From assembly GCA_030390025.1 (NCBI GenBank), contig CM059438.1:67706001-67770000 (forward strand): a stretch of 64,000 nt of DNA. Direction: 5' to 3'. Under the pieces are notes generated by a model that saw only the letters and a program-made list of their open reading frames with translations, was not told the origin of the DNA and did no database searches. Position numbers and translations under genes: made by a program. Positions 48,431-60,397 of the stretch are shown here, one piece after another; position 1 is the first letter of the stretch, and every line of letters begins with the position of its first letter. The DNA is from Squalus acanthias. Its lineage: Eukaryota.

Positions 48431-49056
48431 GTTTGTTGAAATGAGTTAGATTTGGCATCAGACATGGTTTTGATCCTAGAGTGGAGACATCTCATAAGTA
48501 TGGTGAAAGATTCCTGTCAGAATTTTCCAGGGTCCGTGCGGGCGCGAACGGAGGCGGGTTGGGTGGGAAAGTTGAAATTTCTTGGAGCGGGTAGGGAACC
48601 CGCCGTCATCCCGCACCCATGCACCTTTCCCTCAGGCCCGTCTATCAGTGCTGCAGCGACCCGACCAGCAGAGGTGGGTGACCCAATTTAAAGGATTATT
48701 AGCTTGTTGTCAGAACCTTAGGGCTCTCTTTAACCTTACATTTCCAATTTCACTTGATGCCCGCGGGACGCACGCTGCTCAGGAACCACATCTGTCAACC
48801 TGAGGCGGGAGTTGAGTAGCCATTGATCCAGCTGATTAATTGACTGCATCAAATGTACTATAAAAGCTCCCACCTGATAGCTGATCACTTTCCTCAGGCA
48901 GAAGCTGTTGCTGATTGCATACCCAGCACAGATTGAGCTTTCTGCAAGTCTTTCCAGCAAAGTCTCCATCCAGTGTCATCTCATTGGAAGAACCGTTCTC
49001 ACCATTGACAGATCGCTTCTGTCAACTCTACTTGACTTGCCATCTATTCCATCAGC

Positions 49057-50294
49057 ATGGGTGCCATTTATACTGTCTCACCTTGGTCCTCACAACCTAA
49101 CCACGATGAGCCCCAACACCAGCAGCCCCAGGCACACCAACAGCACCAACAACAACACCACCAACCTTCTCCTCAACGCCCTGATGCACAGGACAGAGGG
49201 CCTCAGCGCAGAGCTGCACCACACCAGAGGCGATACCCCCAACACAGGGTATACAGGCAGAGGATGAGCTTCCTCAACATGACTGAGCAGCAGTGCCAAA
49301 GGAGGTTCCAGCTATTATGCCAGGTCATTGCAGACATTTGCACATTGCTGGAGCAAGACCTGCAGCCTTGAGGTGCGGGTGGACACACCTTACCAGTGGC
49401 TGTCAAAGTCACCAGCATCCTCAACTTCTTTGCCTCAGGCTCCTTCCAGGGATCTGCAGCAAACATTTGCAGCATCTCGCAGTCGGCCGCCCACAGATGC
49501 ATCAAACAGGTCACCGATGCCCTCTAAGTCAGCCAATTATATCAACTTTGCCACTGATGAAGCCAGTGTTACTGAGCGGGCGCTGGCCTTTGTCGCTCTG
49601 GCTGGCTTCCCACGGGTGCAGGGCGTCATCCACTGCACACATGTGGCTATCAGGGCATTCCATCATAAACCAGGAGTCTTTGTCAACCACCAGGGCTTCC
49701 ACTCCCTCAATGTGCAGCTGGTCTGCAACCATAGGAAGATCATCATGCATGTGTGTACCAAATTCCCGACAGCTGCCATGACTCTTTCATCCTTCGCCAG
49801 TCCACCCTAGCTCAGCTCTTTGCACCTCCAAACAGACTTTCTGGCTGGCTGCTTGGAGACAAGGGCTATCCACTGAAGACGTGGATCATGACACCCTTGA
49901 GGAGACCAAGTACTGAGGCAGAAGAGAGATATAATGAAAGCCACATTTCCACCAGATGTATCATCGAGCAGACAATAGGCATGCTCAAAATGCGCTTCAG
50001 ATGCCTTGACAGATCTGGAGGAGCCCTTCAGTACGCACCAGCCAGGGTGTCCAGAATCGTCGTGGTCTGCTGTACCCTGCACAACATAGTGCAGCAGCGA
50101 GGATTAGCACTGCATGAGGAGCAAGGCACTGAGCGCACAGCCTCTTCAGAGGAGGAGGAGAGGAGGAGGATCATCAGCTGGAAGACGAGGAGGAGCAGGA
50201 GCTGGAGGAACCTGCGGTGCACATGGCACCCGCATCCGAGCACATTGCTGGCTGGGAGGCCAGGGATTGCCTCATCATGGCCAGATTTACATAG
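49057..50294 (+). pseudogene. Harbinger transposase pseudogene
   Basis: MGAIY start, Q/H-rich N-terminus, [17 protein letters not shown] (first catalytic D changed to H), [15 protein letters not shown] and CCTLHN. Contains stops and frameshifts. Confidence 0.95.
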
Positions 50295-50350
50295 CCCACC
50301 CATATGGCTGCCACATGCTTTGCCAGATTGGCAATACCCCACAGCCACAC

Positions 50351-51753
50351 CATAAGACCATAAGAAATAGGAGTAGGAGTAAGCCATTCAGCCCCTCGAG
50401 CCTGCTCCACCATTCAATAATATCATGGCTGATCTGATCTTGGCCTCAACTACTTTTCTGCCTGTTCCCCATAAACCTTGACTCCCCTGTAGTTCAAAAA
50501 TCTGTCTGTCTCAGCCTTGAATATATTCAATGACTCAGCCTCCACAGCTCTCTGGGGTAGAGAATTTCAAAGAATCACGACCCTCTGAGAGAAGAAATTC
50601 CTCCTCATCTCTGTCTTAAATGGGCGACCCTTATTCTGAAACTATGCACCCTAGTTCTAGATTCCCCCCACGAGAGGAAACATCCTTTCAGCATTTACCC
50701 TGTCAAGCCCCCTCAGAATCTTATATGTTTCAATAAGATCACCTCTCATTCTTCTAAACTCCAATGAATATAGGCCCAACCTGCTCAACCTTTCCTCATA
50801 AGACAACCCCTTCATTCCAGGAATCAACCGAGTGAACCTTCTCTGAACTGCCTCCAATGCAAGTATATCCCTCCTTAAATAAGGAGACCAAAACTGTACT
50901 CCGTACTCTAGGTGTGGTCTAACCAACGCCCTGTACAGTTGTAACAGGACTTCCCTACTTTTATACTCCATCCCCCTTGCAATAAAGGCCAACATTCCAT
51001 TTGCCTTCCTAATTACTTGCTGTATATGCATGCTAACTTATTGTACCGCAGCATTCTGTAGTCTCTCTCTATTTAAATAATATTTTGCTTTTCTATTCTT
51101 CCTACCAAAGTGGATAACCTCACATTTTCCCACATTATGCTCCATCTGCCAAATTTTTGCCCACTCACTTAACCTATCTATATCCCTTTGCAGATTCTTT
51201 GTGTCCTCCTCACAACTTGCTTTCCCACCTGTCTTTGTATCATCAGCAAATTTGGTTACATTACACTCGGTCCCTTCATCCAAGTCATTAATATAGATTG
51301 TAAATAGTTGAGGCCCCAGCACTGAACCCTGTGGCACCCCACTAGTTACAGTTTGCCAACCTGAAAATAGGGTACTGAGTTTGGATGATCAGCCATGATC
51401 TCATCGAATGGTGGAGCGGGCTCGAGGGGCCGAATGGCCTACTCCTGCTCCTATCTTCTATGTTTCTATGCAACCCATTTATCCCGACTCTCTGTTTTCT
51501 GTTAGTTAGCCAATCCTCTATCCTTGCTAACATATTACCCCCAACACCGTGAGCTCTTATCTTGTGCAGTAACCTTTTATGTGGCACCTTATCGAATGCC
51601 TTTTGGAAATCCAAATACACTACATCTACTGGTTCCCCTTTATCCACCCTGCTCATTACATCCTCAAAGAACTCTAATAAATTTGTCAAACATGATTTCC
51701 CTTTCATAAAACCATGTTGAATCTGCTTCATTGTATTATGATTTTTTAAATGC
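50351..51753 (-). mobile_element. CR1 LINE RT fragment inserted between the two Harbinger C genes
   Basis: QHGFMKGKSCLTNL, DFQKAFDKV, PQGSVLGP and FADDTK; internal deletion near 51037; nested CR1 tail at 51368-51470. Confidence 0.95.
51368..51470 (+). mobile_element. Nested CR1 3' tail (same subfamily as 14914-15266)
   Basis: Nearly identical to 15169-15260. Confidence 0.85.
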
Positions 51754-51964
51754 CCATGAAGCATCCCTACAATAACCAATTCATTCCTTTCACAGTCACC
51801 ACCATTGCTGGAGGTAATGATATGTCTGACCCTTCACTCAAACTACCTAAGCCACTTCCAAAGGTGCAAAGTTTTGAACATAAAGAAATTTATGATTCAC
51901 ATGACATTAACTGAAACTTCACATTAACATTGAATAAAACACCCTAGTGGCTACCCTTATGAAT

Positions 51965-53858
51965 CTACTTGTGTGGCATCTTTCTCTTCCACGTGCTTCT
52001 ACGTGGTGTTACCCCTTTGGCTCCAACAGAGGTAGAGATAGCCTGCTCACTTCCCTGCTGCAACTGCTTATACACTTTTGGCGGTCGTCCTCTGGGTTTT
52101 GGAGCCTGTGATGGCCCCGCCAAAGTCCACTCCTCCTGCGACTGTGCAGGGGCAGTCTCGGCCAACGCTGTCCGGGAAGGCATCTGGGGCTCTGACTGAC
52201 AGGGTGGCAATGGGGGAGAAGTGTGAGCGCTTTGAGAGGAGCCCCCACTTCCATGTCCCCTCTTACCATCATCCCTCTCATGGGCCACCCGCACTTCACT
52301 GCTAGCAAGGAGCTGGAGAGCGTCTTGCTACACATCAGTGGGGCCATGAGGACCCACATCTTCACTGACATCCCTTGTAGAGAGGTAGCCTATGAGCCTC
52401 TGCCATTTATTCTCCATAGATAGCCATATATCCTCCATAGATAGCCATCTATGCTCCATAGAAACCATTTGCTCCTGTGAGTGGCGCATTAGCTGCTCCA
52501 TATTGGTGACCATCCTATCCATGGAGGAGCCGACAGTTGCCATTGCCTGCAATACAGTGGTGTTCATGTTGGGGATGGACTCCTCCATTCTCTGAACATT
52601 TGCAGACATCACACTTGCAAAACCTGTCAGCCTCCTGTACTTGTTCCTGCAGCTCCAGGATCACCCTCTTTGTGGCTGGCCCTTGAGGCTCAGTGTCTGC
52701 ATGCAGCTGAGCAGAGCTGGGAGAGTCCTGTGCCCTCCGATGAGGAGTCTCCACTGCTGTCCCTGTCTCCACCATCTGCTCTTGCTCACTTGTGACTTGT
52801 GATGGACCCGGTGACAACGCTACTCTATCTCGCGATGAACCCACCAAGGTGTACGTCTCTGCGCTGGTGCTGGGTGCGCTTATGTCTGGTGACGGTGTGC
52901 CCTCAAAGGCTGGAGGCTCCTCTAAGGAGTTGTCTTCCTCTTCCTCCTGGACAGTTACAGTGGAGGGGGTGCTCTTGATGGACCTGTGGGAGCATAAATA
53001 GATGAGTTAGATATGTCATATGTAGATTGGGTACAGATACCATTGTGCACATGATGACTATTCAATGGCTGCTGACATCAGTCTCCAAACGAGTGACTGA
53101 TGTACGCCATGTTGCTGTATAATATGTAATTCTGTCACCAGGTTGCTGATGACATCATCGATGATCCCACCTCCAGGTGCTTAGTGACTCCCAACAGTTT
53201 TAATGCAGCCTCCTCTGCTGTTGTGAGGGTAGGCATTGATGGGGTTCCACCGCCAGTTCTCTCCCTCTCCCTCTTATTGTTGGCTATCTTTTCCTGCAAG
53301 GAGGGAAAGTTAGAGTGATGGAATGCGTATAAGGAATGGATGGGTTACATCTTTAGAGGGAGACTATGATGGAGTGGGGTGCCAATGCCAAGTGGCCTCC
53401 TTGCGTGTTGTTAGTTGGTATGATTGCACTAGGATGAGGGTGAGTGTGAGGGTTGGTTAGTCAGATGGGGATGTGATAATGTAGATAGACAGAGAGGGAT
53501 GGGTGGATGTGCAAGGTATGGTGATGTGAGTAATGATGTGCTGGAGTAGGGTTGGGAAGACAGAGTGATGGGGATGTGATGAGAGACACAGCAGGATGAA
53601 GGTGAGTGTGGCTTTGGACTCACCCTTCCTGATCTAACAAGATCATTGAAACGTTTCCGGGCACTGCACCCAGGTCCTCCTTACAACATCCCTGCTGTTG
53701 ACTTCCTCTGCAATTTGGAGCCATGCTGTCTTGGTCTGCTGGGAAGCTCTCTTGCGGCCATCAGCAGGGAAGAGGACCTCTCTACGCGCTCTGTTTCCCT
53801 GCACAAGCGTATGGAAGGAGTCATCGGAGAACCTGGGTGCAGCCCTCTGCCCAGTCAT
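51965..53858 (-). pseudogene. Harbinger C Myb/SANT gene (exons ~53858-53624, 53293-53139, 52983-51965), disrupted
   Basis: MTGQRAAPRFSDD...AWLQIAEEVNS...RRTWVQC and ERTGGG; splice sites positioned as in elements A and D; frameshifts present. Confidence 0.85.
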
Positions 53859-54809
53859 CTTTGCTGGCCTGGGCAGCACTGGAATTGTGCAGTGCAGTGA
53901 CTGCACACTCCTCGATGAACTTTCAAATGCAAAGCGGCCATGGCTCCTTTAAATATCCCGGCTGAAAACGCGTCATCGATGATGTCATCAGACCCGCACC
54001 ATTTAATTGGGCCGGGTATCACGGAGGGCGGGCTTAATCGACCCTATTAACGTTCTGTGGAGTGGGATGGAACCAGCAACGGGCTCGTGACCCACCATGG
54101 CGGCCGTCCGCACCGGACCCACCCAGGTCGGGAAAATTCCGGCCTCCAAATGGAAAAGTTTAAAATTGATATTTTTTTTAAATGTATTTTCTTTTTCAAG
54201 GACCATGAGCTGATTCCCAAGAGTCCACTAACATTCATGAATTGCTGCAGCTCACGATGAAGGACAGAGACAACTCTTTTCCACACTCATGGGCTGGCTC
54301 TTGAACCAGTGACCATCTCTTTGCAAGTTTGGTGTTTTTGCATCAACTGTGTCACAGGCATTTCTCAATGTGAATATTGATACAACAGTTTGAGCAACTA
54401 TATGTTTACTTTTCCATGAACTTCTCTGCATCAAAATTCTCTGTGGTTCTGCTGGGTCGGTATTCAATGTGTTTAAGGCAGGTTATACTGAGTTCAGCCT
54501 CAAAATCTGGGATGCTTCGTTGATCCTAATTCAATGGGCTAGTTATTCCTTTCTCAAATCTCTGTGACCCCAGTACAGTATTACAAAGCATTGCCTCGAG
54601 CTACTGCCCTCCCTCTTTTGTGATTTTACCTTATCCATTTATTATATGTATTTTCAAGTGCTAAAATGTTTTCAAATTCAGAGCTCATATTACGGTTCAT
54701 TAACTTCTGTCATTTTTTGATATGTTTAATTTATGACACACCAACTGCTGTTGGACACAGACGAAGTCATAACCTATTCATGAAAATGAGCTAAATCCTT
54801 TTGTTCCAG

Positions 54810-54970
54810 GCTGCCGCAGCAACTGAAGCAGGGACTCTTACCAATTAATCATTCACTGCAGCAAAGCAAACGTTACTTGGCTGTACAGGGGCGGGCGTGT
54901 GTGGCGGGAGGAAGGGGGGTTCGTAAACAGAAGAGGCAGCAGCAGGATAAGTTGCCGCAGCAGCAACATA
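54810..54970. promoter_or_regulatory. Candidate host promoter/enhancer
   Basis: CpG-enriched, apparently unique sequence with CCAAT (54841), GC-box GGGGCGGG (54888), forkhead GTAAACA (54923) and two X-box-like motifs (54810, 54951). Motif evidence only. Confidence 0.3.
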
Positions 54971-55874
54971 GAATCCCGTCAACCTTTTGTCAAGTTCAGT
55001 GGTAGATGGTCTCACCATAAAACCTCACTCTTGTGTACGTTGACAAGTGAGGAGCCCATTCATCTCACGGAAATGGTTTTATCGGCAACATTCGGACGTC
55101 TTCACGTCGCCGGATCAAAATTTGGTCACAAGGCATACATTGCGCTGAAACGGGATCGCTCTTGATCAGTTTAAACGGAGCCACTCCGTATTATTGGAAG
55201 GGATTAGGGTCTGTGGGTTGTAAATGAAGTGGAATCTTTTTTGTTCTGTCGGCTTGATGCAGGTTGGCAGTGTGCTTAATGTGAAAAATAGTTTTCTTAG
55301 TGTGGGGAAGTTTTTAAGCCAGTAAGCACATTTTCCAATTCAGTTCTTCTGAAAAGGTGATTATTTCATAAATCAGTTGCTTTATGTGCTTATTGCATAT
55401 TACTGGAAACATTGGACTGCAATCTTTCCTCAGTGCAATTCCAACAGGCTTTATTTAATAAGAAAAGAAATCTTTTCAGCTCCTAGAAACACATATTTCA
55501 CCACTTGATATAATTCCAGGCCTTATATTACGTACTGCAAATGGATTCATGAGTTGCGGAATATGGCAATTTATACAGTATCAGAATATCGTCAACATCA
55601 AATATTGATCTTAGTATTTTATTTTCAATGTTAATTAACCATAAACCTCATTGAATTGATTTACAGTAGCAATGCAAATGCTTCATTCATGTTGCACCAG
55701 TAACGCAATCTGACAGCAATGCATCTTACAACTTGATATTATATGGTAAAAGTGTAAAGCAGTGACTCATTTAAACCAATCCTAATAAGTAGATTATAAT
55801 TATAGACTGCTGCTTCTTCTATAGTCGGAGCCACACAGATGTGACTCTTACAAGCCAATCCCCCTCATCATACC

Positions 55875-56192
55875 ACCAACCCCCGCAGACCCACGGCCCG
55901 CCTCGCTGACCCTGGCGAGGTTCCGAGCCGTCGGGAAGCCCACACTTCAGGGCTGAAAATAGGGATTCTCAAAAAAACTGCCTGTTAACTGCCTGTTAAC
56001 AGGCAGTTAATTGGCACTAATCCCCTTCCCACCTCGGGGAGGCAACTCCCAGCGTGGGTCAGGAACCCGCCTCCTGGGAAGATGGCACGGAGGTGGGTTG
56101 GGGGGCGAGATGGGTACCCGCCCCCAGATTCTGCCATTTTCCCAGCAGTCCCGCCTCCAAACCCGCCTTCCCAGGGCTGGCAAAATTGCCCC
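55875..56192 (-). mobile_element. Partial copy of the MITE family E terminus
   Basis: Reverse-complement match to 26889-27190. Confidence 0.8.
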
Positions 56193-56473
56193 CGTCTCTA
56201 AGTCTCTGGGCTGGATTTTGCCATTGGGTCGGGCTGGGGGCGTGTCAGGTGGTTTTCGTGTCAGGACCCTGACTCCGATGTGAAGTGGGAAAAAAGTGCG
56301 ATTTTCCCCTAATTGGGCACTTGATTTCCCCTGGCCCAATGAGTCTTTCCATCCTGAAAGTTGCCTTTGATGACGTCATCAGTGCTGCTGGATTTAAGGC
56401 CTGCAAGCAGCCTTGCTTCTTCTGGAGACTGCAAACTTTATGGCCATTGTTGTGATCGCTTCATTCAGCAAAT

Positions 56474-58454
56474 ATGTCCAGCAGTAGGCCAAAGTGTGCT
56501 CCAAGGTTCGATGACGCCGCCCTGCAAGCTCTGGTGGAGGGAGCAAGATCAAATAAGGAGGTGCTCTTCCCTTCCTCAGGGAGGAAAAAGCCTCCCCAGC
56601 AGACTAAAGCTGTGTGGATGCAAGTGGCCCAGGAGGTCAACTCAATATCTATGTGCCGCAGAACCTGGCTGCAGCGCAGGAAGAGGTTTCATGACCTTCT
56701 CCGCACAGGAAAAGTGAGTATGACTTTCCCATCACCCTCAATCTAATCCCCATCGCCTCTCCTCACCAGCACTCAGCTTTGCCAACCTCTTCCTCCACAT
56801 CCCACTTGACACTGACATCCCTGCACCCTTACCCATTACCTCTCTCTGTATGTTCACATTGACTTAACTATTCGACTATGCAGTCCTCACATTCCCTATT
56901 GCTGTGATGCTATGACAACAACTTACAACACACAGGGAGGGCCCTTGGTCTTGGCACCTCACTCCATCTTTGTCTCCTTCTAAGCATCTATGCTATGGAA
57001 TCTCTACACTCCTTCATTTTCAATCAAACTCCACTTGTGTCCCTCATTGCAGGAAAAGAGAGGCCACAATAAGAGGAAGAGGGCGATGACAGGAGGAGGG
57101 CCACCCTCAGTAGCCCAGCTCACCACTGCGGAGGAGGCGGCCCTGGAGATTGTGGGAGTGGAGGAGGATGCGCAAGTGGGGGACGGACAGATGGGCACAT
57201 CACAGCAAGCTGGTGACAGAATAGTTTTGCATCTCTCTCATTGACATTGCATGAGTACCTGATAATGATTCTGAAGGTCTAACAGATTGACTTATGATCA
57301 TCTGTACAATTCAATGTGCATGCAAACTTTACCTCACATCTTCAACTCTTTCCTTTACTCCCCCACAGGACCATCGACAGCCCCCGTCCCCACTGTCCAA
57401 GAGGAAGAGCCTGAGCTTCAAGACTCCTCAGAGGAAGCTGTAACTTTTGAAGGTGTAGCGTCAGCAGAATTCAGCGCACCCAGCACCAGCGCAGACACTC
57501 ACACCTCGGTGGGACCTTCGGGACATAGAGTAGAGTTGTCACCTGGTATATCACAGCTCACAAGTGAGCATCAGCAGATGGTGGAGACAGGGACAGCGGT
57601 GGAGAGTCCTCGTCGGAGGGCGCAGGACTCTGCCAGCTCGGCTCGGCTGCATGTCGACCCTGTGCCGCGGGTCCATCCAGAAGGAGAGCGGTGCTGGAAC
57701 TCCAGGAACAGGTGTAGGAGTCTCTGGCAGGTTTTGTCTCCAGGGTCGCTGCGAGTGTGGAGCGAATGGAGGAGTCCATCGCTAACATGAGCAGAGCCTT
57801 TGTGGAGGCGTTGGCGCATGAACACATCACCACGGAAAGGATGACAACCTCCATGGAAAGGATGGCTACCGTAGAGGAGAGGTTGGCTACGGTAGAGGAG
57901 AGGATGGCTACGGCCATGGAGGAGCTTAGTCGCCAGGGTCGTGAAACATGGACATTGTTCAGAATAGACTGACATCTCTTGAGGAGCGATGGTCAGCTAT
58001 TGAACAGAGAAACCAGACCTTCATGGAAGTCCTCTGGAGTAGGACTTCCAGTGCAGAAATGGGTCCTCATGGCCCCCCTGAAGTGCAGAAAGGGGCTGTC
58101 CAACCACTTGCTAGGTCTGAAGTGGGGCTGACCCATGAGAGGGATGTTGGTGGCAGACAACCAGGAAGTGGGGGCTCCACTCCAAGCGCTCACACGACCA
58201 TGCTACTGCAGAGCCCTCGGTCAGAGCCCCACCAGAGTCCCAACCCAACTGAGATCGGCGTCTCAACCCCAGCACAGCTGTAGGAGCAGCAGACTGTTGC
58301 TGAGCCCTCACAGGCTCGCAACCCCAGAGGACGCCCGCCAAAGGTGTCGAGGCAGGAGCAGCAAGAAAGTGAGCAAGGGGCCTCCACATCTGCTGAAGCC
58401 AGAGGGGAAGCACCATGTCGGAGCATGCGTAAGAGGAAGATAATGCACAAGTAG
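56474..58454 (+). pseudogene. Harbinger D Myb/SANT gene (exons 56474-56713, 57053-57212, 57369-58454); exon 3 frameshifted
   Basis: APRFDDAALQALVEG...VWMQVAQEVNS...RRTWLQRRKRFHDL and MTGGG; GT-AG introns, phases 0 and 1. Confidence 0.9.
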
Positions 58455-58473
58455 TCACAAGGATAGTCACTTG

Positions 58474-60154
58474 TGTAGAATTCGCAATATATCGCGATTT
58501 TATTAATAAGGAGAAAAACACATAGTTTCGTTCAAACAGCTTTTATTTCAGCGGAATGCTGTCAGGTTTTCAAAGTGGACACAAGCAGCTTGTAAAATGG
58601 CCGCCGCACCTCGTGACGGAACATTCTAGACTTTTCGACAGGCAGACAAGATGGCGTTCCAATAAACATTTGTGCAAGATCGATTAAGATTCAGCACATT
58701 GAAGATAATACACGAGACATCATGGGTTTTTGGTATACACATAAATACTGAAATCGGTCTCCCAGGTACGAATGAAAGCTATTGTACCAAGTAATCAAGA
58801 GCCCATCCAAAGACATTAATATGTAAAATCCCAACGACTCTACGATGAGAGAGCCGTTAGCGGGTAGTTACAGAAAACACTTGGAAGCCCCAAAACCCCT
58901 CCAGGGAGAACACCGACCGATTAAACAATGGGAGAAATATTAACAGGTACTCAGACAATTACGAGTAGCCCCGAAACCCATTAAAAACGGAGATCACCCT
59001 ATACAAGACATTTGAGCGCCAAACCCTAACAAAAGGAAAAGACATTAAGGTTGGGCGGGAAACGGAAGATTTTGCACTATAATTGCAAGCTCCAAACCGT
59101 CCATCTCTCTCTTGACTCTTGACGCTTATTCGGTTGACTCTTATTCCTCGTGGCTGCTCCTGTGTTCTTGACTCGCCGTCTTGTTCCTGCTTGCCTCGTG
59201 TCTCTTTTAAAAAGACTGTTGAACTTTGTGATCCGCTCGGATCTACCTCGTGTCGTGTCACGAAGACCTGTGTAGAACTGGGCTCTGAAGCCTTGAAGCG
59301 GGCGCACCATTCCGATAAGTCGGTAAACGGTGTCGGAACCGAAGGCCCGAGATGAGATGAGATGAGATGAGATGAGAAGAGAAGAAGACCATACTTATCG
59401 CCACGGTCAGTAAGCCCCGACCGCGCCTGTAGGTCAAATAGACATTTTCCTTGCCAGGAAGATTACCTTTTGAATTCTATCGCATCCGTGCGAGGGCACA
59501 GGAAGACTCTTTTTTGAGTAGAGTCAGAACTCCGAGGACAACACAGATCTTCATGACAGCAGACGTTCCAGCCTGCTAGCCGGAGCAGAACGAGTAAACA
59601 AGTGGGGCCAGGAGACCCCCTGATCGACACGTGGGCGCTGCGGTGAAAAACATCCGATCAGAGGTTTCGGAATTCTCCGAGTTATCACGAGTGGTGAGCA
59701 TGAGTCTCGAATCCTACGAATCTAGCTAGGACAGATATTGATAGGGGAGGGTTTCAAGTATTAAGGATAATTGTAATGTGCGCCCCCATTTACGATGTGT
59801 CGTTCGTTCCTCGTTTCCCTGAAATTAATTACATAACTGCGTGCAAGATTGTACTGTCATTAATCTGTGCTTATGACATGTATTTCGTAATCTTAAGTAT
59901 TATGCAATAAAGATTTTCCATTTCGTACCATTCAACCGAGTCTACCTGAGTTTCATCTCCATTACTGCTCTCGCATCTAAGTCCAGTGTCTAGAACCGTA
60001 AGGGCGAGTGGGTCGAACCACTCACAGGGGTGTCTAGTGCTCCCAGACTGGCTGGAGACCAGAACAGGCAACAAGGCCTAAACCCGCACTAGCACCTGGG
60101 CTGCACAGAGCCACACGAATCTCACAGGCTGAGAGACACGCAAAAACCCTTACA
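58474..60154 (+). mobile_element. Solo LTR, 1681 bp
   Basis: TGTA...TACA termini; 4-bp TSD CTTG at 58470-58473 and 60155-60158. TATA-like TTTAAAA at ~59206, AATAAA at ~59906, and (GAGAT)n at 59349-59375. Confidence 0.85.
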
Positions 60155-60397
60155 CTTGGGTGTCATGTTGTGTTTATTTTTGAAATGTCATCAGTTGCTT
60201 GTTGTGATAAAAAATGCTGATGTCAAACTGTTGAAGTTGTGGCATGTGTCATTTCACAAATGGGACTTCCACATTGAGGGCTTAGGGCGACTTGCAATTG
60301 TGAGTATGGTGGTCATAGTGATAGGAATCCGCAGGTTCTTGGCCATTGTCGATGGTCTGGTAAGAAGCTGCGAGGTAAAAGTGCTTGATTGTCTAGG

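Larger units (their letters stand above)
48515..54144. mobile_element. Full-length PIF/Harbinger transposon C (decayed; CR1 inserted)
   Basis: TIRs TGTCAGAATTTTCC / GGAAAATTCCGGCC; 3-bp TSD TCC. Transposase (+) and Myb gene (-) are convergent. Confidence 0.9.

Noticed and set aside
49057..50294. Host HARBI1 gene
   Set aside because: Lies within TIRs and a TSD, is disrupted, and paralogous copies occur in the window, so it is a transposon copy.
58560..60154. Alternative LTR start at TGTCAGGTTTT (58560)
   Set aside because: No TSD there; the start at 58474 gives TSD CTTG and restores colinearity with element C.
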